Made by a program: the position numbers and the translations under genes. A DNA stretch of 49,721 nt, filler included, from Catajapyx aquilonaris (lineage: Eukaryota), in NCBI GenBank assembly GCA_000934665.2. It is 2 parts of 2 records of this genome, joined end to end, with 100 filler letters (N's around TTAATTAATTAA, not from the genome) between each part and the next. Parts side by side here need not be neighbours in the genome. Positions count along the whole stretch, not along the records: positions 1 to 24,791 come from JYFJ02005459.1; 1 more part is not named here. The stretch is one strand, 5' to 3'. Positions 1 through 10,916 of the stretch are shown here, piece by piece; position 1 is the stretch's first letter; each line of letters begins with the position of its first letter. The notes under the pieces are model-generated. The model made no database searches. It was given only the letters and a program-made list of their open reading frames with translations, and was not told the DNA's origin.

Positions 1-94
1 GGGGAGGTAAGAAATTGTCCGCTTCTGTCCGCAAAGGGGAGGGGGGGAGATAAAAAAGTGAAAAAATCTGTCCGCGCGGATTATGGACGGCCCC
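1..94. mobile_element. End of a PIF/Harbinger-like MITE (truncated by the window edge)
   Basis: Ends in TTATGGACGGCCCC (reverse complement GGGGCCGTCCATAA), a terminal inverted repeat (TIR) type I recall from Harbinger MITEs. Internal TGTCCGC repeats. Confidence 0.5.
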
Positions 95-2459
95 AAGGAA
101 CATGCTTTGTTGTACAAGAACATCGCAGGTCTAGTTCTGCACAAGTGCAACTGATATGTGAGTTGCCAACCATATGATAGAGTTGTTCTCTCCTGAGGCC
201 ATTGCAGGGAATGAAAAGCAAGCCATCTCACCTGATTACAGTACAATGTATAATGCATGTAGGGCGTAATTCATATTTAGTTAAATTGCATTAAGGATCA
301 TGCAATGCACCTGGACTCATATAAAATAGTTTCATGGTGCACTGGTTGTGAGCAGTTATTCTCAAATCTTTTTCTTAATCACATTTAAAACTCACATTAA
401 TTTTTAAAAATCCACTTACATTTTCCCCTTGCAAAATTTATCTTTCATGCCTTAGAAATACCCAATCATACTTAGATTTGGCTACATTGAATATGCACTT
501 GTGTGAATCTGTTCACTGGAATTTATCATGTCATATTCCTGGCAGTTTTGGTTACTGCAGTTACATTTTCATGACTGTAATGATTGTCTTTACTAACAAG
601 TTAATGTACACACCACTTGTACATTTTTGCCATAAATGCTGCTCTCTCATGGGGAATCCTGAGAATTTAAATGATTTTCTTCAAAAAAAATTGTACTCGA
701 GAAACCTTGAAATATTAGCATTGCAGTATTTTTGACATGGTGTGGTGTTTTTTGTTAACCAAGTTTGACTGAGCTGCATTGGGAATATTGTGTCTTTCAC
801 ATTACAGGAATCCTTGAAGTAATGTCATGTAAAAGCGCAGATATAATCCTGTCATAAAATGGTGATGATGCTTAATGAGCTGCATTTATTACCGTTGAAA
901 TAACTTGTTCAGTTCTAGTGTTCTTTGAGGACAGGGAGCCCCTAACTCAATTAAACATCTGTCCAGATTGCTCTTGTTATTAATTATTGACAAAAACTAG
1001 CTACCAATTAATGAAGAGGGCAATGTACCCATATTTGTTTCACTGAGTTTGGTACTCCCTGCCCTTAATGAACATTAATATATTGAGGAGTATTTTTCAA
1101 TTGGTGTTGTTTATTTCATATAAATGGCCCATCATGTAAGGCACTATGTGATGTAAGTTGAGAACTGACAGAAGGGACACCTGATGTAGTGAAAGAGGAC
1201 AAATTTGTTCCATTTTCTTTGCACCCATGCTTTTTTTCTATTATGATATGTAGACTATATTTTGTGGGGTATTTTTGTGTGAGCAAACCAGACAAACCAA
1301 AAAAACTCCCCCCCCCCCCCCCNGCAGCATTAATAGTGAATGTCCCTCTGTTCTCACCCTTACACCTCAGGACGAGGCTTACCACAGGTAGGGGTGTGTT
1401 GCAGCTTTCACATATTTGTTTTTTGAAAAGCAATACCAAGGAAAAAAAAAAAAACACTCCCTACCTTGATTTCCCAACCATGGAACCTCAATTCCCCTCC
1501 AAAAATGAGAAGAAAGAGATAGAACAAACTTTCAAATCTGGTTGTTTTCTCTTGTGTTTTTTGTTACCTATTGTGTAGAATTGCTGCGGCTTATTTTGCA
1601 TTTGCCTGAGTAGTTCATTGGTGGTGCGCTTTTCATTTGTTAGACTGTCTTGTTTATGCGGAATGTGCTGTGAGTCAATATGTATAGTTTGAATTATAAA
1701 ATATGAATGAATGATAACATTATTATAATTGTGAAAATTGGGTGTAAAAGTACCTAACCCAAAATTGAACCCGGAAGATAATTACACTGCAGGTAGCACT
1801 ATATTACGCAAACCTGAGTAAGGCAAAGGCGTTGAAACCATGGTAATTGTACTACTTTACCTGTGATACCTTGAAATAATTCTGTAATGTCATTTTGACT
1901 CAACTGCTGTAGGTAATGTGTAATAGTGATCATGGAACTAATTTTAGATGGCATTTGCAACACATCATTGAAACTCAGAATTTCAGTCACCAGCCTGACT
2001 TTGAATGCAACTTGTCAAACTGATGTGAGAGTACACCAAAAACTGTAGTCCTGACTCAGGAAACTGATTCCCAGATGCACAGTATTAAGCACATAAAGTA
2101 GTACTGATTGTATAATAATGTTTTGCTGCTGTTGTTTTTCCACCTCTGCTTTCTATGTTTTCCATTTGGCTTGGCACGATTAAACATTTGGCTTGTCATC
2201 CACCTCAAACTTTCGAGCATCTATTATCTCAGCACACAATGTCATTCGCACACTTTGTCACCAATAATGACAGGAAATAACTGGGAATCATTTTGCACTC
2301 ATCTCATGAGAGTGCAACCATTATGCACACTAATGACTTTTTATTTCAGCACCTGATATTTAGATTTAGAATAATGAAAAATCCAGTGTCATGACAAAGT
2401 GCGCTGTTTTTCCACACCCTCTTCACCTCTCTCTTCCCTCCCCAATTTAAAAAAAGCAG

Positions 2460-2627
2460 TGCACAGTCCACTCCATGCCGCAACACGGCTGCACGGCACC
2501 ATCGTAAGAACGTGATTTCGTGCGTAACTGTGGCAGACAGTGATGAAGAACATCGAAGCCCAGCCAAGAACAATGCTTTTGTGGCAATTCATCCAGTTCA
2601 GGATATCAAGCCAGAACCACAAGCAGG
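2460..2627 (+). CDS. HIPK: HIPK C-terminal region, internal coding exon (kinase-domain exons lie upstream of the window)
   Basis: Pyrimidine tract and AG at 2458-2459; GTGAGT donor at 2628. Translates AQSTPCRNTAARHHRKNVISCVTVADSDEEHRSPAKNNAFVAIHPVQDIKPEPQAG. RKNVISCVTV matches the recalled HIPK2 motif RKNVISCVTVHDS. Phase 2/2. Confidence 0.88.
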
Positions 2628-2995
2628 GTGAGTAGTCTGTGAAGATGGTCTAACCTTCATTTTCTCTCTTTAGTGTTCAGCTCCTGTGTTAATGTTACAT
2701 TTAGAGTAGGACATGCAAGAAAACTTACCAGGGAGAGAGATCACCAGAGGAAGCCTACCCACTAGTACCCAGTGGGTAGGCTACCTCCACTGTCCAAACT
2801 TGGGCCCAAAAATGTGTTGGATACATGTTAGGCATGACTAGAAATGAATGTTAGTGAGATTTTAACTGATGAGGATGTTAGTTCTAAGACAAGCAGTATA
2901 GCCTACTGTATCATTTCCCACAACTTCTCTGACATGAAACCATTTTCTTTGATTCCCTTCCTTTTCTCCTAAGCTCCAAGGAAGAACATCCACTA

Positions 2996-3115
2996 TCTTA
3001 CAATCAACCTGAAAGAGTCCCATCCTCAGAATTCCCAACTGCAACACATGATCCATGTCTTACAATCACCCTGAAAGATTCCCATCCTTGGAATCCCTAA
3101 CTGCAAGACCTGATG
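2996..3115. repeat. Diverged 62-bp tandem duplication in a HIPK intron
   Basis: TCTTACAATCAACCTGAAAGAGTCCCATCCT... at 2996 is repeated as TCTTACAATCACCCTGAAAGATTCCCATCCT... at 3058. Confidence 0.85.
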
Positions 3116-3173
3116 ACTCTTCTTAGGTTGCTCTTCATTCTAATACATGTGTTACCATCAACTCATCTGCCAG

Positions 3174-3682
3174 GGGTGCAAACCACAACCATCACCACCA
3201 TCAACTGCAGCACCACCACCAGGGTCATCAGCAGCAGCCGCAACCACCACCACAACAACAGCATCACCCACATTACACGCATCCAGCTGCTTCACAGTCT
3301 CAGAAGAAGCGACTCCTGGCCAAAGCCCAGTCTGAATGTATGCTGGGGTTGCACCCAAAGCAGGAACCTGGCGGTGGAGGCTATCAGGACCAGTTAGCTG
3401 GTGCCAGCAGCAGCAGCAGCAACAATCAGTCGTGTTCCAGGGGTGGGGGTGGTTATTGCAGGGATACATACAACCATCATAATGGAGGGAGTAATGGGAA
3501 TGGTTATCATCACATGTCCGGTGGTCAAGAGATTGCAGGGGTGATATACAGGGACCAGCAGCAGCAAGGAGGGGGGAATGGAGGAAGTATCATTGGTGGT
3601 AATCCAGGAGGAGGGGGGCAGGACAGCAGGGAGCATATGGGACCTCCCTTGGCACACAGGGACTACCATTTGCCAAGTTCAT
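3174..3682 (+). CDS. HIPK: HIPK internal coding exon (His/Gln/Gly-rich low-complexity region)
   Basis: CAG acceptor at 3171-3173 gives phase 2, matching the previous exon. Frame reads GANHNHHHHQLQ...SQKKRLLAKAQSECMLGLHPKQEP...DYHLPSS. GTGAGT donor at 3683 (phase 1). Confidence 0.8.
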
Positions 3683-3774
3683 GTGAGTACAGTATGTTAT
3701 CCATTCTAACTCAATTGATTTATGTATTAGTCATGGTTGCTGTTGATTACATTTATTGCATATTCTGTTTGCAG

Positions 3775-3871
3775 CTCACTCAAACAGAGAAGTTGGTTTG
3801 GTGGCAGCAGTTGCCGGGAAAGTATGGCCAAGTGCAGTGGCCCATGCAGCCTCATTGCACCAAGCCTACAA
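3775..3871 (+). CDS. HIPK: HIPK internal coding exon
   Basis: TTTGCAG acceptor; GTAAGT donor at 3872. Reads SHSNREVGLVAAVAGKVWPSAVAHAASLHQAY. Phases 1/2 fit both neighbours. Confidence 0.8.
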
Positions 3872-4033
3872 GTAAGTGGTTGTCATTTTTCTTTCTTTGG
3901 TTTTTTAAAAGAAAAGCAAGGTAAGCTTTTATGCATGTCTAGCAGGCTCTGCTAGACCTTATTGTTTTGCATTTTGTAATTCAGTTGCTAACCTGCAAAT
4001 TAACATTTTGTCTTTTCCTCATTAATATTGTAG

Positions 4034-4300
4034 CCGACATGGTAGTACACACGTGTCACCCCAGCCCACACTGTCTGCACGTCATGCCGCAGCAGCTGCC
4101 GCAGCAGCAGCAGCTGCAGCCAGTCGCATATCCCCACAGCATCCACTGGCCACTGCAGCAGCTGTAGCAGCAGCTGCAGGCCAGCCACTCTACCCACAGC
4201 ACCCAGAGCTTTATCGGCGGCCAGCTGTGTATGTGGCCACAACTCAGCCTGCAGCCGCTTACTTACCCACCAGCCATCAAGTGGCTCCATTCACCGCTGG
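4034..4300 (+). CDS. HIPK: HIPK internal coding exon with poly-Ala tract
   Basis: TGTAG acceptor; GTATGC donor at 4301. Reads RHGSTHVSPQPTLSARH(A)12SRISPQHPL...QPLYPQHPELYRRPAVYV...PFTAG. Phase 2/2. Confidence 0.85.
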
Positions 4301-6454
4301 GTATGCTTTCACCTCCTCGCACTCAGATGTGGTTGCTGATAAGTACAGGCAAGATATACAAAACAACATGGTTTTTCTTTTACATGGTACCATATTTTGG
4401 CTCTTAAGATTATGTATCCCACAACCTTGCAATTCCTCTTGTTTTTGTGTCATTTGGGGTAGTGTCAGGATGTTTATATTCACTAAACTAAAACCTAATT
4501 TAACTAACGAAAGCAAATTCTATTTGAATTTTGCTCATAGAGAAAATGGGAGCAACAAATGTTATTAATAATGTCAAATGTCAGTATACTGAGTCATTTG
4601 AAAATATACAGGGTGAAGGGAAACTCACGGACAATTGCCAGGTAGACTTATAGTACTCGTAAAACTAATATAGGGCTGTGCAATAAGTTTTGGGATCCGT
4701 TGCATTTATAAAAGCATTTGTGTAGGCATGATTTTCACAGTACACTGACATGAAGGCTGTTTAAATCCTTTCTTACTGCTGCCCATATACCTGCACATCA
4801 TTAAAAATTGGTCTTTCTTACTTTCAAGGTTCAATAAGCAGTGTAACTGATCTTATTGGCTGCAGAACTATGGGCTTTCCACCAATGTCCAGGTTATGTG
4901 TATGTGCTTACAATACCTCTGAAAGACCAGCAAACACAACTGTAAAATTTGACACCATTAATTTACTCCGAGGTAACTTCACTCCAAAAATTTAAAAATC
5001 AGAGTCTAGTTGCTACAGTTCTACAACTGTGGTGCTGTTGGGAGGTAATTCTATCATAATTGCTGTAAAATAATTTATGAACTGTCACGACACATTTAAA
5101 TGCCCTGGCAAATTGAAAAGATTTTAAAATTACATTTACAGTTTGGTGAAATCAGGCTTGATTGCTTATGGAATCTTGAAAGTCATGATCTCCTTTGAAT
5201 GTCTGCTTTTATAAGACTGCAGTAAGGTATTTAAATTCCAAATATTGTTAATCAAGGACTAGGACATTCAGGGGAAGGATGCAATTTACAACACCTTGCA
5301 TTAGTTACAACCTTGCAAGTTTAATCATTATTTGTGCTATAGATTGCATTACATTGCTTTCATCAGGTAGGAAGGAGGGGGATGTGATTTGGTAATTGGC
5401 TGTGGAGGTATCTAGTAGGCTAGAGTGCAGTGTTGCCATCAGTTTTATTAAACAAAATCAAGCATGACTACAGTGATGGTTTTACAAAGAAGTCGAACAA
5501 GCAATCCAACCAACGAAACAGCAATACCTCTTGGTGCAGGTGGTTTACTCAGAAAAGGAAACATTTTGTTGATGTGAATTTTTCCACAATATTAGGTCAT
5601 AACAAATTTTTTTCACACTCTACGCCAACCTCTGCAATAAAATAATTTAAAATTAAGCCCTATAACTACACGTCCCTTTAAACTAAAATACCTGCACTTA
5701 GGGGTATTGCTGGTGGTTGAGATAAGAGTCATTCTGTATTTCATCAATTTTGTGCTTGATTTTTTCTGAGCAAGAAACCAGACTACACTGCAGAAACTGT
5801 GGCACCTTGCATACCTCCATGAGGACTAACTTCCAAATCATGTCTGGCTCTTTTTGTAAATGGTGAATGTGATGCTAGACAATCAATGACACCAAAGAAA
5901 GTCCGTAACTACTTAATGCAAGGTTTTCCAACTAAAATGTCTGCAATGGTGAGCGATTTATCCCCCCGCTAAGTTGCTTATATTTTAGCAGTGACTCTTG
6001 AATAGTTACTTGTAATGGTTCCTGATGTCCAATATATTGGACATCAGCCAAAAAAAAAAAAGGCGTTAATTTCAGTTGACACTTTTTTTTTTGCTGATGT
6101 CCAATATAAGTTAATATAAGGTTAATATAAGTTGCTCCAATGACCATCAATTCATTCCAATTCAGAGCTTGGATAGTATGTTGATTCAATTTGGCCTAAT
6201 ATTAGCTTTTAATATTTTTGCTAACCGCTAAAAGAAACCATTTCAAAGCAACTGCTTAATAATCAAACTAGGTGAGAAAAATTGCAACAGCAGTTAGACG
6301 AAGTATTTGGATCAGAGAGTACTAATATTTAGTTTAAAGAGCCACCTATTGTGTGTTGTCCCAATGAAATTTTCTATGTGATGGATTCTGACTCCCACCC
6401 TCCTTCTTCCCCCGGACACCCCTTTTCTTCTGTTGCCCACCCCATCAACACCAG

Positions 6455-6644
6455 GGCCCTGCCTCCACCCGCTCATCACAGCAGCGCCCGACCAGTGCTG
6501 GCCACCCATGCTTCTCACCCGCTTCCGGCCCACATGCAGCCAGCCGCTGTCTTCCCTGCCCACCCCCAGGTGGCTGCACCATACAGCTATGCTCCGCTGA
6601 GTCCAGCAAAATCCCAGTACCAACATCTCTGGTTCACGGAATGA
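6455..6644 (+). CDS. HIPK: HIPK terminal coding exon
   Basis: CCAG acceptor ending 6454 (phase 2). Reads ALPPPAHHSSARPVLATH...YSYAPLSPAKSQYQHLWFTE*. YxPLSPAK matches the recalled HIPK2 C-terminus YPLSPAKVNQYPYI. TGA at 6642-6644. Confidence 0.88.
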
Positions 6645-7678
6645 AGTTGCAGTATACTACCCACGAAGAAAATGGAAACAGAACAAAATCATCCCGTCCT
6701 GCTTCTGAAAATAACCACCTGATGGCCACGACTGTTTAACTAAGGTGACAAATCATGAACAGGTTATTTTGGGTTTTGTTTTGGTTCTGAGGGTAGTAAT
6801 TTTAGAGGTATATCCATGGTGTTTATTCGTGGTAGGAAGGGGGTGGGTAATTACCCCCTGTAAAATAGTGAGAAGTGGGGTTGGGAGTGACCCCCACAAG
6901 AAGACTTTTCAGAACCATTTCTCCCACCTCATTTTTTTTTTCTCCTTCCTACTACTTGGGTAAGAAGCACTACTTGGTAAAGTGATGAGTTCAGTACTTG
7001 TTGAAGAAAGAGAATTTTGACATGTCCAGGGAAAGAACAAAGTTTCATATCTCTGGGAAGACAAAGACAAGTGTCTAATAATGACCACAGTCCTCACTTT
7101 GTTATACGTATATATTTTGACATTTAATTTTTGTGTCGCAAAAGGACGATCAATGCCATGTGCTTTTTCTTTTTTGTTCCTTCTCTTTGTGGTTATTGCA
7201 AATTATTTCTTTTATTTGTTTTTGCATGTTTTAGAAGCCAACTCGACTGATATAAATATATATCCAATACTGCTATATATGTACATAGGAAAAGGGGAGC
7301 AGCAAGTCAGGGAGGGAATTTTGACGATATGAAACGCATGTTTCACCAAACAAACCCTAAAAATAGCAACAATGTGCTTTATCCAGTAATTCTTAACGGA
7401 ACATAATGAGTACGTTTAAGGTATTGTTGTGATGCGGAAGTGCAAAGAGTCTTTTCTTTTTTTGTTTGTAGAGCTATGCAACTTATCGGTTTCACTGTAC
7501 AGTTTCCTTTCCCTGTGTGTGTTTGCATGTATTTATAATCTTTTTGCCTTTGACATTAAAATGTTATGTGAGACACTTTTTTCCACCTAACTGGTGACTT
7601 TTCGCAATTACCAGTGATTACTTGAGGCCCCTGGAGATACAATATATGAGAAAAGAATTTGAAGGCACACTAGTAAGT

Positions 7679-7679
<1 letters not shown>

Positions 7680-7729
<50 letters not shown>

Positions 7730-7733
7730 CATA
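7680..7733. repeat. (TAA)n microsatellite
   Basis: Direct reading of the sequence. Confidence 0.95.
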
Positions 7734-10529
7734 ATCAACTTTTATGATAACGGCAGGGAGTAGCACAAAATGTGCTATCCACATTTTTCTTCGCACAGGC
7801 ACATGTGAACTCCCTTCCTCCCCATATCCTGGCACCTGCCACACTTAAATGTAGCTTTTTTCACCTTAAAACAAACAGCACAAATCTCTGTGCCCCCTTT
7901 CCCCCCTCCCAACACATCAGCATCAGGATATGTAAAAGACTGACAAAAATTATTTGGGACTTCGGCATTTTTTTCCCCCTTTGGTTCCTGTTTTTTGTCA
8001 TGACATCCAAAGGCAAAGTTTGCAGAATGGACAGTGCCTTTTACATTAACAGCAACAACACGTGGTTTAAAAAAGATCGCAAGTAATGAACTCAGCACCA
8101 TCTTTTGTTGTTTGGAATTTATTAATAAATTCAGATTAGAGTTAGTTAAATGTTTGACCAGTCCAGGGGCCATAGTAAAAACATTTGAAAGAAGAGATCA
8201 GTATGATGTTTGCCTGCTCATTAGAGTGCCACATATACAGGGCAGTTAAAATGTTGATTAGTTAAATTGGGGTCAAGTTTTTTTTCTAATTACCCGAGTA
8301 TAAAACAGGTCTCTAGTCAAACTTTGCAGGCTTGTAATACATGGTGAAAAATGACATTAAAAAGTTTTATGACGTTTGTAAACCGCCTTTTTAACGCTTA
8401 AATCTGCTGCATTTTACGCAGCCTTGACACGAGATAGAGAGGAGAAAAATCCAGGGGCTTTTTAAAAACCAATCAGTCAATCAGTCTTGTTTACAGCTAG
8501 TGTACCTGCATGAAAACAAACACTATTTCCTCCCATTAATGTAGCAATTAAACTTCTGTTCGTTTTTTTCCCCTCTCTATGTGTGATATGTGGAGATCTA
8601 GTTCTTAAGTGGAAAAGAAATCACTTTCATTGTCTGGAATTTTTTATTTATTTTTTCTGCCGTTAATGGCAATGCCCTAGTTTTGTTTCCCTACACCTTT
8701 GGGGGAAACTGTGTCAGTCACATGCCTCAAGGAATATTGTATATAGGTACTTGTTTCATTTATGTTTTTGGGGTAGTAACCCTGACATTGCTTTTATTAC
8801 CTTAATGTGACGTGTACATAATGTAGTGCACAAGTTACAGGTAACTGCCTATTATTGTGTCGAGGTCTATTTCCCTATTTTCCCTATTACCGCCCCCCTA
8901 CTCCCAATTTTTCCTCAACTTTTTCATCTTACAAGCTTTTCAATGGTTTTGTGGGTAGGAAGATAAACATAATAATAATAATAATAAATAACAACAATGC
9001 ATAGAGCCAGGTTTTTAACCTTTTCACTCCCCACCTTAAAAGAAGCGACCAAAAAATAACCTCAATGCTTCTAATCGTACACTAGAGGTTGAAAAATACA
9101 ATACAAATAAAATGGGTAATGCTTTTCTGTACTTTTTTTATTTTGTAACTATTGTTGTGTAGGTTTCGGGTTAGGAAAACAGTTTTACAATGCAAAAAAT
9201 TTTCACTGAGGAGTGTAAGTGAGTGAGTGAATTTAAAAAAAAATTCTTTCTTGTTTTGGTTGTAGTTTGGTGTATTTCCCTGCTGGGCACTAGGTATATG
9301 ATAATACAAAAGAATTAGCATTGTTGTGATATCCATTTCCCTTTTTTTTCTCTTTCGTGTGGAAGACAGTATAGTCACGCATATGATATAATTTAACTAC
9401 TTCGACATAGTCGCACAAATTTATGTAGGAACGGTTGTTTATTCGTAACCTCAGTTTTCTTTCTCGATCCCATCCCCCTCCGGGTTGAGTCCATGTGTAA
9501 TGGTGTTTATAACTTGTATCTAGTTAAAAATGTAGAATGACTACCAAGCCAGAAGACATATTTTTGGATCTGCTGTAGGTTAAATCTCCCTTAGAAGAGA
9601 GAAAAAAAAAGCACCCATGTCCCTGCCATGTATGTAGATATGCGTGACTAATCTCAACATTATTACCGATTTTTATCACTTACTGATAAATAGATAGTCA
9701 TTAGTTAAACTTGACTGGGTTGAAACAACCAACCATTATTTTCCCCTTTAATGTGAGATGTAGTATTGATCTGATAATTATTATTTTATTATTGCTATTA
9801 TTATTGCAGTGATAGTTGGGTGTGAGTATGTAGAATTCACAAGAAGACTTTGGTATTTTTTTCCCCCTCCCCCTCATCTTCCACCCCTTCCATAAGTACA
9901 TAACCCTTAGCCATTTATTGCTGGCACAATGTTGATCAGTTTTAAACCCTGGAAATCTAGCAATTTACTCCACATGCGATTAGGTGTCATTCACATGGAA
10001 CAACAACAACAACTAAAAAAATGAATCCTGATGTTGCATTTTCATTAGCCTTGGGGTCTTTTGCTTGTGTATTAATTTTTGGGTAAACGTCAAAGTCCTT
10101 ATAACAATGATGATGATAAATATATACATATAAATAAATATATATAAATATATTTTGTTAGTTTGCCGGTTGATAGTCACAGGAACACAAGATATTTGTT
10201 GTCTCATAATACCCCCTCCCATCCACACTCTCATAATACATGCATAACAGTAGACACTGCAACAAGAAATGTAACACATAGGATGTTTTAGCCTTTTGCC
10301 TGACTCATACCAAAGACGTACATGTTCCTCACCTCACAACCTGATTTTGCCAACATGTACAATTTTTGTTCTTCCACCCTCTGTTTCATCCCATGCTTCA
10401 CAATATTTTACTCATTTGCATGTAATTATGCAAGTGACTTAAAACTTGCATTGGCCTGACTGCACTGTTTGTTCACCATGCTCCATGTGGGATTTTTAAA
10501 TAGCCCATTCCATGCACCCCAGAGTGGTT

Positions 10530-10916
10530 TTGAGACCGAGATGGCAAAATGGACCCATTCCAGGTTAAGCAGGGTTGGTGTAGACTGACATGGAGATGGG
10601 CCATTTTGAGGAGTAGAGCCCGTTGGATTGGACCATTCATGGTCATGATTGAGGTTTGGTTTTAGTACATTTCCTAGAAAGGGTCAGCTATTTTCAAGAC
10701 TGAATGGCCTTGCAAAAAGGTGGCACATCTGGAACAGTATCTGCAATGATGAACGTCAGGCCGTCTCTTAAGACTGAATGGATTTGGACCATTTTGAAAT
10801 CACCGTGGTATTGTGCCCGACCACATTGTAATAATAGTGAGGGCCACTTTAGGAGCAACCGATGGAATTGAGCCATTTAGAGTTGGAGCTGGGCCCATTT
10901 TGCAATTTCGACTCAA
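10530..10916. mobile_element. Degenerate inverted-repeat element with internal GGNCCATTTTG-like repeats
   Basis: TTGAGACCGAGATGGCAAAATGGACCCA pairs imperfectly with TGGGCCCATTTTGCAATTTCGACTCAA. Several internal (G)GACCATT/GGCCATTT copies. Confidence 0.5.

Noticed and set aside
3127..3173. Upstream TAG acceptor extending the HIPK exon
   Set aside because: It gives phase 0, incompatible with the phase 2 donor at 2628; the acceptor at 3173 fits.
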